Of a stretch of DNA of 32,000 bases, positions 18,690 to 26,260 are shown piece after piece (the first letter of the stretch is position 1; every line of letters starts with the position of its first letter). The DNA is taken from positions 900,001 through 932,000 of the forward strand of contig OY969938.1 of assembly GCA_963704755.1 (NCBI GenBank). The letters are read 5' to 3'. Below the pieces are notes generated by a model. The model was not told the origin of the DNA. It worked only from the letters and a program-made list of their open reading frames with translations, and searched no databases. The DNA is from an uncultured Chloroflexia bacterium. Its GTDB lineage: Bacteria > Chloroflexota > Anaerolineae > Anaerolineales > Anaerolineaceae. The position numbers were made by a program, and so were the translations under genes.

Positions 18690-18800
18690 AACTACTCAAC
18701 CTGGCGAGTAAGAATCTCGAATTTGAAGTATTTGCGAAGCGAAGCTTCGGTTCGTAAATACTTCAAATTCGTGAACTTTCTTGCACGTGCCTGAGTAGTT
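18690..18800. repeat. nested palindromic element (54-nt near-perfect palindrome inside a 9-bp outer inverted repeat)
   Basis: The inner palindrome is CGAATTTGAAGTATTTGCGAAGCGAAG/CTTCGGTTCGTAAATACTTCAAATTCG (18718-18771). The outer arms are AACTACTCA (18690-18698) and TGAGTAGTT (18792-18800). It is related to 19017-19066. Confidence 0.7.
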
Positions 18801-18928
18801 AAAGACCTGAAACCTATAATTGAATGATGGGGTCATTATAATGATCCCAAAGTCGCTTAACTATTACCCATAGGGGTAATATTCCAACAATATTTCACAC
18901 CCGGGAAATCTATTTGGCCACCCTAAAA

Positions 18929-18992
18929 GAGAGGGGTGTTTTTACTGATTTTCGCGTGCTGCGCACGCGAAAATCAATAAAAATACCCTCTC
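18929..18992. repeat. long imperfect hairpin of the TTTTCGCGTGC...GCACGCGAAAA family
   Basis: The sequence is GAGAGGGGTGTTTTTACTGATTTTCGCGTGC-TGC-GCACGCGAAAATCAATAAAAATACCCTCTC. Its core is identical to the gltD-distal hairpin at 13556-13610. Confidence 0.7.
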
Positions 18993-19016
18993 CTTCTGAA
19001 CCTGCCTGAGCAGTTA

Positions 19017-19066
19017 CGAATATGAGGTATTTGCTGGAGCGAGGACCAGCCAATACCTCATATTCG
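19017..19066. repeat. 21-bp-stem hairpin, second member of the CGAAT(T/A)TGA(A/G)GTATTTGC family
   Basis: The sequence is CGAATATGAGGTATTTGCTGG-AGCGAGGA-CCAGCCAATACCTCATATTCG. It is preceded by CCTGAGCAGTTA; the first member has CCTGAGTAGTTA after it. Confidence 0.7.
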
Positions 19067-19096
19067 AATCCGTTATTCATACCAGCGGTATAAATC

Positions 19097-19125
19097 GCAC
19101 ATCCGGCTGGTCAGGCCGGATGTGC
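19097..19125 (-). terminator. amt terminator hairpin
   Basis: GCACATCCGGC-TGGTCAG-GCCGGATGTGC is a perfect 11-bp stem, 37 nt after the amt stop. The minus-strand tail is GATTTATA. Confidence 0.55.
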
Positions 19126-19161
19126 TCGAAAGGAAAGGAAGTGAAGTTATAACGGATCGTT

Positions 19162-20751
19162 TCAATCCGTCCCAGTTTGTGCAGGATATCCTTCGAAACC
19201 CGGGGCTGCCACGCTACTGAGGGCCTCGGGTGATGGCACCCAGTCCTTCGGGTAGCCTTCGGCACCCATTTCGGGCAGGTCGAGACCGGCCAGCTCGTCT
19301 TGCGGCGAGACCCGCATCAGTTTCAAAGCCGCCAGGATCTTGAATAATACATATGAAGTGACAAAGGTCCCAATGAATATTGCCGCCACTTCGCTTAATT
19401 GCGCCAGGATTTGAGTCCCGCCGCCGTACAACAGACCTGTGACCGGGGTGGCAACGCCGTTCCAGCCGGCCGTATCAGGATTACCGTTAGCGAAGATACC
19501 CACCGCCAGTACACCCCAGATACCATTGAAGAAATGGACCGGGATTGCGCCCACCGGGTCGTCGATCTTCCATCTCTCCAGCATCGCGCTGGCCACGCAC
19601 ACCCAGACGCCGGCGACCAGGCCAATCACAACCGCTGCCCAACTGGATACGAATGCGCACGGGGCGGTAATGGCCACCAGGCCGGCCAGAATACCGTTGA
19701 CCGACATGGCCGGATCCGGCTTCTTGGTTGAGCCGCTGACCCACATGTAGAACATAGCCGCACAGCCCGCCGCAGCGCCGGCCAGCAGGGTATTGATGGC
19801 CGCAATGGTGGCCAGGTTACGCGCACCGCCGACAAAGCCCAACGCTGAACCAGGATTGAACCCGAACCAACCGAAGAACAGGATGACCGTACCCAGAACG
19901 CCCAGGGGGATGTTGTGGCCCGGGATGGTGTTGGCCGTGCCATCCTTGTTGAACTTGCCGATCCTTGCCCCCAACACAATTGCACCGGCCAGGCCGACTG
20001 CACCTCCGACCATGTGCACCACGCCTGAACCGGCAAAATCAACTGCACCGTTGCCAAAACCGACCGTCCTGCCCAGGTTGGCTAACCAGCCACCACCCCA
20101 GACCCAGTTACCGATCATCGGGTACACGAACATACTTACCCAAAAGCCCATCAGCACAAAGCCTATGAACTTGAGCCGTTCCGCCATCGAGCCGGTCGGG
20201 ATGGTTGCGGCGGTGTCCATGAACACCATTTGGAACAGGAAGAAGGCCAGCACGCCAAAGTTTGCCCCCAGGCCGCCCAGCAGGAAGCCCTTCAAGCCCA
20301 ATACGCCTGAGCCGCCGATCAGCAGGGGTTTATCCAGCAAACCGGTCCAATCGCCCAAGGTGGTGGGAGAGAACGCCCAACTTCCCAGGCTGTGGATCGC
20401 CGGATAAGTGAAGTTGACGCCTCCAAATTGGAACGCAAAACCGGTCAGCCAGTAGCCAATTGCGCCGATACAGAACACCATCATGTTCATCATCATGGTG
20501 TGGGCCACGTTCTTGGCCCGGGTAAAACCCGTCTCCACCAGGGCAAACCCGGCCTGCATAAAGAAGACCAGGAAACCGGTCACCAATACCCACAGTACGT
20601 TGATGCTTACGACAGCGTCACTGGTGGTATCGGACAGTTGTTGGATATCAGGCGGCGGTGCATCGGCTTTTACAATCGATGTGCGCGCGATCAACAAAAC
20701 GGCCAGGACAACGAATAGAATTGCCCATTTAAGTGAAAGTAACTTTTTCAT
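19162..20751 (-). CDS. amt: ammonium transporter (Amt family) with N-terminal signal peptide
   Basis: Amt signatures are present: FFMQAGFALVETGFTRAKNVAHTMMMN, AVDFAGSGVVHMVGG and FFGWFGFNPGS. The signal-like N-terminus is MKKLLSLKWAILFVVLAVLLIA. There are roughly 11 hydrophobic segments. Confidence 0.95.
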   Translation of the reverse strand: MKKLLSLKWAILFVVLAVLLIARTSIVKADAPPPDIQQLSDTTSDAVVSINVLWVLVTGFLVFFMQAGFALVETGFTRAKNVAHTMMMNMMVFCIGAIGYWLTGFAFQFGGVNFTYPAIHSLGSWAFSPTTLGDWTGLLDKPLLIGGSGVLGLKGFLLGGLGANFGVLAFFLFQMVFMDTAATIPTGSMAERLKFIGFVLMGFWVSMFVYPMIGNWVWGGGWLANLGRTVGFGNGAVDFAGSGVVHMVGGAVGLAGAIVLGARIGKFNKDGTANTIPGHNIPLGVLGTVILFFGWFGFNPGSALGFVGGARNLATIAAINTLLAGAAAGCAAMFYMWVSGSTKKPDPAMSVNGILAGLVAITAPCAFVSSWAAVVIGLVAGVWVCVASAMLERWKIDDPVGAIPVHFFNGIWGVLAVGIFANGNPDTAGWNGVATPVTGLLYGGGTQILAQLSEVAAIFIGTFVTSYVLFKILAALKLMRVSPQDELAGLDLPEMGAEGYPKDWVPSPEALSSVAAPGFEGYPAQTGTD

Positions 20752-20970
20752 GATGCTCCTCCAGATAATTAAGGAAATGAGTTAGCCACTTAACTGCGAA
20801 TATATGCCAAGGAATGGGGCGCCGTGGGGATTGCTGACCGCACGCTCACCCCATTTCTTGGCTTTTTCTCCACAGAGAAGTAGTTTTCTGTCTATGACGC
20901 TTGCTATGATTTCCTACCAGCCGAGGCCGGACAGTGACAAATTAAGGTGCTGGGAACAGTGAAATTTCGA

Positions 20971-21414
20971 TCAATACCAGCCGACTACGCCCTTCAAGAA
21001 CACCAGCGAGGAAGCCAGGACCATGATCACAATGGTAGGTGGAGCGGCGATCAGCATCCAGCGTTTCCAGCCAATTGGCCCGTGGTTGCGTTCGATGAAA
21101 GTGTAGGCAACCACATTGGCCGATGCGCCGATCGGAGTCAGGTTTCCGCCGATATCGATGCCCAGGGCCAGTGACCAGACCATCAAGGCCAGGGCAGGCA
21201 TGTTCGGGAAGTGCGAGAGGTCCTTCAAGATGTAGGACATGGCTAAAGCTAGCGGTACATTATCGACCACCCCGCTGAGCAGGCCTGGGCCCCAATGCAG
21301 GGCCATAACCAGCGCCGAGGGGTTGAGTTTTCCGGCCGAAGACAACAGCGTCGCCAGCGAGTTCGAACACCCGTGCTTTTTCCAGGCCGCCCACCAGGAC
21401 GAAGAGCCCGGCAA
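20971..21414 (-). CDS. ArsB/NhaD-superfamily permease, C-terminal fragment (frameshifted relative to 21260..22276)
   Basis: From about nt 21345 downward the translation is transporter-like: LLSSAGKLNPSALVMALHWGPGLLSGVVDNVPLALAM...GIDIGGNLTPIGASANVV. The first approximately 20 residues of the track ORF are out-of-frame noise. Confidence 0.7.
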   Translation of the reverse strand: MPGSSSWWAAWKKHGCSNSLATLLSSAGKLNPSALVMALHWGPGLLSGVVDNVPLALAMSYILKDLSHFPNMPALALMVWSLALGIDIGGNLTPIGASANVVAYTFIERNHGPIGWKRWMLIAAPPTIVIMVLASSLVFLKGVVGWY

Positions 21415-22276
21415 AAAAGAGAATGTTCTCCCCGTCCACCCGTAACAATACGGTCTTGCGATGCTTGGCGCTCAAGAAAAGCAGGGCAAAAGCAGCCGGG
21501 ATGAGCGCCGCTTCGGCTGCGTTGATCGGTATGCCTATCGCGTCCGAAAGCGGACGGTGGATAACTAACAAAGTGACCGCCACGAGGAAGGAAGTCAATC
21601 CGATTTTGGTCAGGTCTTTCTGCAGAGGTTCTTTATTGAACTCTTCCATCTCCTGGCCAATCTCGGAAGAGATATTCTCATGGGCAGCCATCAATATGCG
21701 CCGGTTGGCCAGGTAGAAGATGCCTACCAGGATCAAGCAGGCCACGGCCGAAATCGGGCCGGTGTGCGCCGCGAAATCACTGAAGTTGTACCCTAACACG
21801 GTTCCCAGGATGACATTAGGTGGATCGCCGACCAGGGTCGCCGCGCCACCGGTATTGGCCGCACACACCTCGGCGATAACCATCGGCACCGGGTCGATTT
21901 TGAGCAGTTTGCACAACTGTACCGTCAGGGCCGAGAGGAACATCATCACCGTGATGCTGTCCATGAACATCGCCAGGCCACCGGCCATCAACACCAGCAC
22001 GATAAACAATAACGCAGGGTGATACTTGACCGTCCGGATGGCGGTCATCGCCAGCCAGGAGAAAAACCCGGCTTCCATTAAGATCGAAACCAGGACGAAC
22101 ATTCCCGAAAGCAAACCGAGCGTTTCCCAATTGACAGCTTGAAAAGCGTCCAGGGGAGTCAACACTTTGGTAATCAACAGCATCGCAGCTCCACCTAACG
22201 CCACCCAATGGCGGGGAAGCTTCTCGCTGGCAATGGCTACATAGACAATAACGAAAATGATTAACGCTTTAAGCAT
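21260..22276 (-). CDS. ArsB/NhaD-superfamily (citrate-transporter-like) permease, N-terminal fragment
   Basis: This is a polytopic membrane protein (...AEVCAANTGGAATLVGDPPNVILG...FFAGLFVLVGGLEK...). After about nt 21345-21390 the frame degenerates into the Gly/Pro/Arg-rich tail GRKTQPLGAGYGPALGPRPAQRGGR. The continuation is in the overlapping ORF 20971..21414. Confidence 0.75.
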   Translation of the reverse strand: MLKALIIFVIVYVAIASEKLPRHWVALGGAAMLLITKVLTPLDAFQAVNWETLGLLSGMFVLVSILMEAGFFSWLAMTAIRTVKYHPALLFIVLVLMAGGLAMFMDSITVMMFLSALTVQLCKLLKIDPVPMVIAEVCAANTGGAATLVGDPPNVILGTVLGYNFSDFAAHTGPISAVACLILVGIFYLANRRILMAAHENISSEIGQEMEEFNKEPLQKDLTKIGLTSFLVAVTLLVIHRPLSDAIGIPINAAEAALIPAAFALLFLSAKHRKTVLLRVDGENILFFAGLFVLVGGLEKARVFELAGDAVVFGRKTQPLGAGYGPALGPRPAQRGGR

Positions 22277-22567
22277 AAGACACCTGTCATGGTTATCATG
22301 CGACCGGTCTAAACTGACCGGAATATTTCTACTTGTTTGTACAGGTTCTGCACATATATATTGGACTATTGTAGGGAGCCGAAGAGCGTATTTCTATACC
22401 CCTTATGGAGCATTTTAGCAGGTCGTTTCGCCCCCTAAAAACCGCTTAAAACGGGTACCCATTACCTTTATGGGTACATTTTCGGTAAAAAAGGGTAATA
22501 TTTGGATTGTCTGCGAGGGATTTGCCCGGCTTACCGGCCGCGGGCGTATAATTTTTATCAACACATC

Positions 22568-25500
22568 ATGGACAATTCATTCGAGAAAACCGCAGAAACT
22601 GCCTTTCCCTGGCCAACCCTCTATAATCGCTTGCTCTCCGCCGACCGGGAGACGGTCCGGCGGATCATTGCCCGTTTGATGGCCGGCGATGGCCGCGGTG
22701 CGGTCATCGATGCGCTGCTGCCGAGCCTGCTGACTGAATTTGCCGAGACTGCCGACCCGGTGCGCGGATTGGTCTGTTTCGAGCGTTTCATCAATCGTTT
22801 CGATGATCCCCTGCCTGTGCTGCAACTGCTGGCCAATAACCCCCGCGCAGTCGAAATTCTGGGGAAAGTCTTTTCGGGCAGCCAGTTCCTCACCGAAACG
22901 CTGATCCGCACCCCGCAGGCCTTCGAGCAGTTGATTGCCTACCGGCGCACGGCTCGCCCGAAAAGCTCGGAGCAGCTTTTCAATGAAATACTCATCGACC
23001 TGGCTCACCAGGGGCCAATCGAGGACCAGCTCAACGCCTTGCGCTGTTTTCAAAGCCGGGAAATGCTGCGGATTGGCGCCTGCGATCTGCTCGATTTGTA
23101 TGACCTACCGGCCGTCATTCGCCAGCTATCCAACCTGGCGGATGCCTTGATCCGCGTCTGCCTCAAGCTGGCAGCCGCTCAGGTGGGTGCAACCCCCGAG
23201 CAGTTGACGGTACTGGGTATGGGCAAGTTAGGCGGGCGTGAGCTCAACTACAGTTCCGATATCGATTTACTTTTTATTACGTCCGCGCACCCGGCCGAGG
23301 CTGAGCGCGTTGGCAAGCAGTTGATCGATAACCTGGCTCACATTACCTCGGATGGTTTTCTGTACCGGGTGGATATGCGCCTGCGCCCGTGGGGACAGGT
23401 TGGCCCGCTGGTCACCACCGTGCCGGGATATTTGAATTACCTGCAAAAAAACGCCCGCTGGTGGGAAAAACAGGCCTTATTGAAAGTGCGGGTCATCGCC
23501 GGCGACCTGGAAGCCGGGCGCAGCCTGCTGGAACAGGTCCGGCCGCTGCTCCTGGGCGGCTCGTACGATGATCTCCAGGCTTCCGTGCGTGAGATGAAGC
23601 AGCGCACCGAAGAACAATTGCGCCAGAAAGGGCGCGAATGGGGCGAGGTCAAGCTGGGCCAGGGCTCCATCCGCGATGTGGAATTTACCACCCAGTTCTT
23701 GCAACTGGCCTACGGCGAAACCCACCCGGAGGTGCTTTCACCAAACACGCTGGATGGGCTGGTACGCCTGGCCACAGCGGCCCTGATCAGCCCGGATGAT
23801 TACCGCACCCTGGCCGAGGGTTACGTCTTTCAGCGCACCATCGAACACTTCCTGCAAATTATGGATTATCGCCAGACCCACAGCCTGCCAGAAGACCCGG
23901 CTGCCCAGGCTGCCCTTGCCCGGCGCCTGGGGTTCAGGGGAGAAGACCCGGGTAAGAATTTCGTCGAACGATACACCCAGCATGTGGCCGCGATCCGCGA
24001 TGTGTACCTGCATTATGTGGGAGGCAGCAGTATGAAACCTGTCGGCAGTACTGACCCCGAATTCAGCCCAACCGGGGCTAACCAGGCCCAGATCCACCAC
24101 CACCTCGACCGCATGGCGCCTTCTTACGCAGAAGTTTATTCTGCGGACGAGATCGCCCGGCACGCCGCGTTGGCTGCCCTCCTGAATAGCGACAACCCGG
24201 TGGAAGTGGAAGCCAGCCGCTCGGAAGACGGCTCCTGGCACGTAACCGTGGTCGCCTACGACTTTGCCGGCGAGTTTTCCGCCATCACCGGGCTGCTGTT
24301 CGTCTATGGGTTGAACATCCTTACCGGCGAGGCTTTCACCTACGAACCGCTCAAAGATAGCACCACCTTGCAGGCTGCCCGCGATACCCGCCGCAAGATC
24401 GTGGATGTGTTTAACGTATACCCCTCTGAAGGTATTCAGGTCGATGCGAACACCTGGACACGCTATGCCCAGGACCTGGCCCACTACCATCACGTCTCGC
24501 GCAGCGATATGCAAGGCGACCTCATCCGCCGGGTGGCCCACGGGCTGCAAGGCCACGAAACCACCGCCGAAAAAGAGGCCGTCCCGGCTTTGTACCCGAT
24601 CGGCATCGAAATCGATAACAGCGCCAGCCCGCAAAGTACGGTCTTGCGGATCGACGCCCAGGACACCATCGGCTTCCTGTACGAGTTGACCAACGCACTG
24701 GCGGTCAGCGGCGTGTATATCGAGCGAGTCATGATCGATACGGTCGGCAGCCAGGTCCGCGATGTCCTCTTCGTGACCAATCAGAACGGCCAAAAAATTA
24801 CCTTACCGGACAAACAGCAGGAACTGCGCGCGGCGACTGTATTAATCAAGCATTTCACCCACCTGCTGCCATTTTCACCCAACCCCGAGTCGGCCCTGGT
24901 CCATTTCCGCGATTTCATCGATCAGCTCTTCCACCGACCCAATTGGACTAACGAATTGACCTCGGTCCAGCAGCCCGAAGTCCTCCAGGCCCTGGCCCGT
25001 GTGTTGGGCGTCAGCGACTTCCTCTGGGATGATTTCCTGCGTATGCAGTACGCCAACCTCTTCCCGGTGGTTACCGATATGGATTCCCTCGAGACGGCCA
25101 AATCCCGCCAGCGTTTGCAAACCGAGCTGGAAGCTACCCTCAGCCGGGTGCATGCCGGTCCGCAGGTACCCAGCCAGGATGCCGCCTGGATCGAGAAATT
25201 GACCGCCTGGCGCGACCGCGAAATGTTCCGCATCGATATGCGCCACATCCTGGGCCAGACCCAAGAATTTTGGGACTTCGCCGAAGAATTAACCGACCTG
25301 GCCGAGGTGATCACCAACGCCACCTTCCACCTGTGCCACGAAGATTTGCGCCTGTTGTATGGCTCACCGCTCAAAGAGGACGGCAGCCCCAGCCAGATGT
25401 GTGTGCTCGCCCTGGGCAAGTTCGGTGGCCACGAGCTAGGCTTTGCCTCCGACATCGAGCTCATGTTCGTGTACGACGGCAATGGTTCGACCAGCGGGCC

Positions 25501-26248
25501 CAAGGTGATTTCCACGGCCGAGTTTTACGAGAAGGTAGTCGAAGCCTACGTACCCGCCACCCGCGCACGCCGTGAGGGCATTTTCCAGGTGGACTTGCAA
25601 CTGCGCCCCTACGGCAAGATCGGCAGCCTGGCCGTATCGCTGGAATCCTTCCGGCGCTATTACTCCCAGGGCGGCCCGGCCTGGGCTTACGAGCGCCAGG
25701 CCCTGGTCCGCTTGCGCCCGGTGGCCGGCGACAGGCACCTGGGCGCAGAAGTCGCCCAACTGCGCGACAAGTACGTCTATACCGGCGAGCCCTTCGACGT
25801 GACGTCCATGCGGGCCATGCGCGAACGCCAGTTGCGTCACCTGGTGCAGGCCGGCAGCTTCAACCTCAAGTACAGCCTGGGCGGGCTGGTCGATATCGAA
25901 TACCTGGTGCAAGGACTGCAAATCGCCAACGGGCACAGATTACCCGCCCTGCGCCAGACCAACACCCGCGCCTCCCTGGCCGCCCTGGCGGATGCGGGCC
26001 TCCTTTCCCCAGAAACCTACACGCACTTACGCAAAGCCCATACCTTTCTGCGCTGGCTGATCGATTCCCTGCGCGTGGTACGCGGCAACGCCCGGGATGT
26101 GACCCTGCCGGCCGAAGACAGCGAAGAATTTGCCTTTCTGGCCCGGCGGATGCGCTACGGCGACGACACTGCCCGCCTGTATCAGGAGCTGCTCAGCTAC
26201 ACCGCCTACGTCCGCGAAGCCAACCGGGTCTTGCTGCCACGGGGATAG
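22568..26248 (+). CDS. glnE: bifunctional glutamine synthetase adenylyltransferase/adenylyl-removing enzyme GlnE, with an internal ACT-ACT-like insertion
   Basis: Two nucleotidyltransferase cores are present: GMGKLGGRELNYSSDIDLLF and ALGKFGGHELGFASDIELMFVY. Each is followed by RLRPxG and G(S/G)xxD(V/I)E(F/Y) motifs. I prefer the start at ATG 22568 (MDNSFEK), which gives 1226 aa. Extra sequence of about 250 aa lies at nt 24095-24855. Confidence 0.9.
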   Translation: MDNSFEKTAETAFPWPTLYNRLLSADRETVRRIIARLMAGDGRGAVIDALLPSLLTEFAETADPVRGLVCFERFINRFDDPLPVLQLLANNPRAVEILGKVFSGSQFLTETLIRTPQAFEQLIAYRRTARPKSSEQLFNEILIDLAHQGPIEDQLNALRCFQSREMLRIGACDLLDLYDLPAVIRQLSNLADALIRVCLKLAAAQVGATPEQLTVLGMGKLGGRELNYSSDIDLLFITSAHPAEAERVGKQLIDNLAHITSDGFLYRVDMRLRPWGQVGPLVTTVPGYLNYLQKNARWWEKQALLKVRVIAGDLEAGRSLLEQVRPLLLGGSYDDLQASVREMKQRTEEQLRQKGREWGEVKLGQGSIRDVEFTTQFLQLAYGETHPEVLSPNTLDGLVRLATAALISPDDYRTLAEGYVFQRTIEHFLQIMDYRQTHSLPEDPAAQAALARRLGFRGEDPGKNFVERYTQHVAAIRDVYLHYVGGSSMKPVGSTDPEFSPTGANQAQIHHHLDRMAPSYAEVYSADEIARHAALAALLNSDNPVEVEASRSEDGSWHVTVVAYDFAGEFSAITGLLFVYGLNILTGEAFTYEPLKDSTTLQAARDTRRKIVDVFNVYPSEGIQVDANTWTRYAQDLAHYHHVSRSDMQGDLIRRVAHGLQGHETTAEKEAVPALYPIGIEIDNSASPQSTVLRIDAQDTIGFLYELTNALAVSGVYIERVMIDTVGSQVRDVLFVTNQNGQKITLPDKQQELRAATVLIKHFTHLLPFSPNPESALVHFRDFIDQLFHRPNWTNELTSVQQPEVLQALARVLGVSDFLWDDFLRMQYANLFPVVTDMDSLETAKSRQRLQTELEATLSRVHAGPQVPSQDAAWIEKLTAWRDREMFRIDMRHILGQTQEFWDFAEELTDLAEVITNATFHLCHEDLRLLYGSPLKEDGSPSQMCVLALGKFGGHELGFASDIELMFVYDGNGSTSGPKVISTAEFYEKVVEAYVPATRARREGIFQVDLQLRPYGKIGSLAVSLESFRRYYSQGGPAWAYERQALVRLRPVAGDRHLGAEVAQLRDKYVYTGEPFDVTSMRAMRERQLRHLVQAGSFNLKYSLGGLVDIEYLVQGLQIANGHRLPALRQTNTRASLAALADAGLLSPETYTHLRKAHTFLRWLIDSLRVVRGNARDVTLPAEDSEEFAFLARRMRYGDDTARLYQELLSYTAYVREANRVLLPRG

Positions 26249-26260
26249 TCCTTTAGCAGG

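Noticed and set aside
18499-19265. Small ORFs in the glnA-amt spacer (18499..18699, 18516..18794 and 19077..19265) as a possible hidden PII/GlnK-like gene.
   Set aside because: Their translations bear no resemblance to PII (no MKKIEAIIRP-type start and no T-loop). They overlap the long palindromes and the gene ends, and they lack ribosome-binding sites.
20841-20885. A resemblance to the glutamine riboswitch (glnA RNA motif) in CGCTCACCCC...GAGAAGTAG.
   Set aside because: The match to the remembered consensus (CGUUCACCC...GGACGGAAGUAGG) is partial. It is also on the plus strand, antisense to amt, with no plus-strand gene downstream for 1.7 kb. I cannot run an Rfam covariance model (RF01739) to test it properly.
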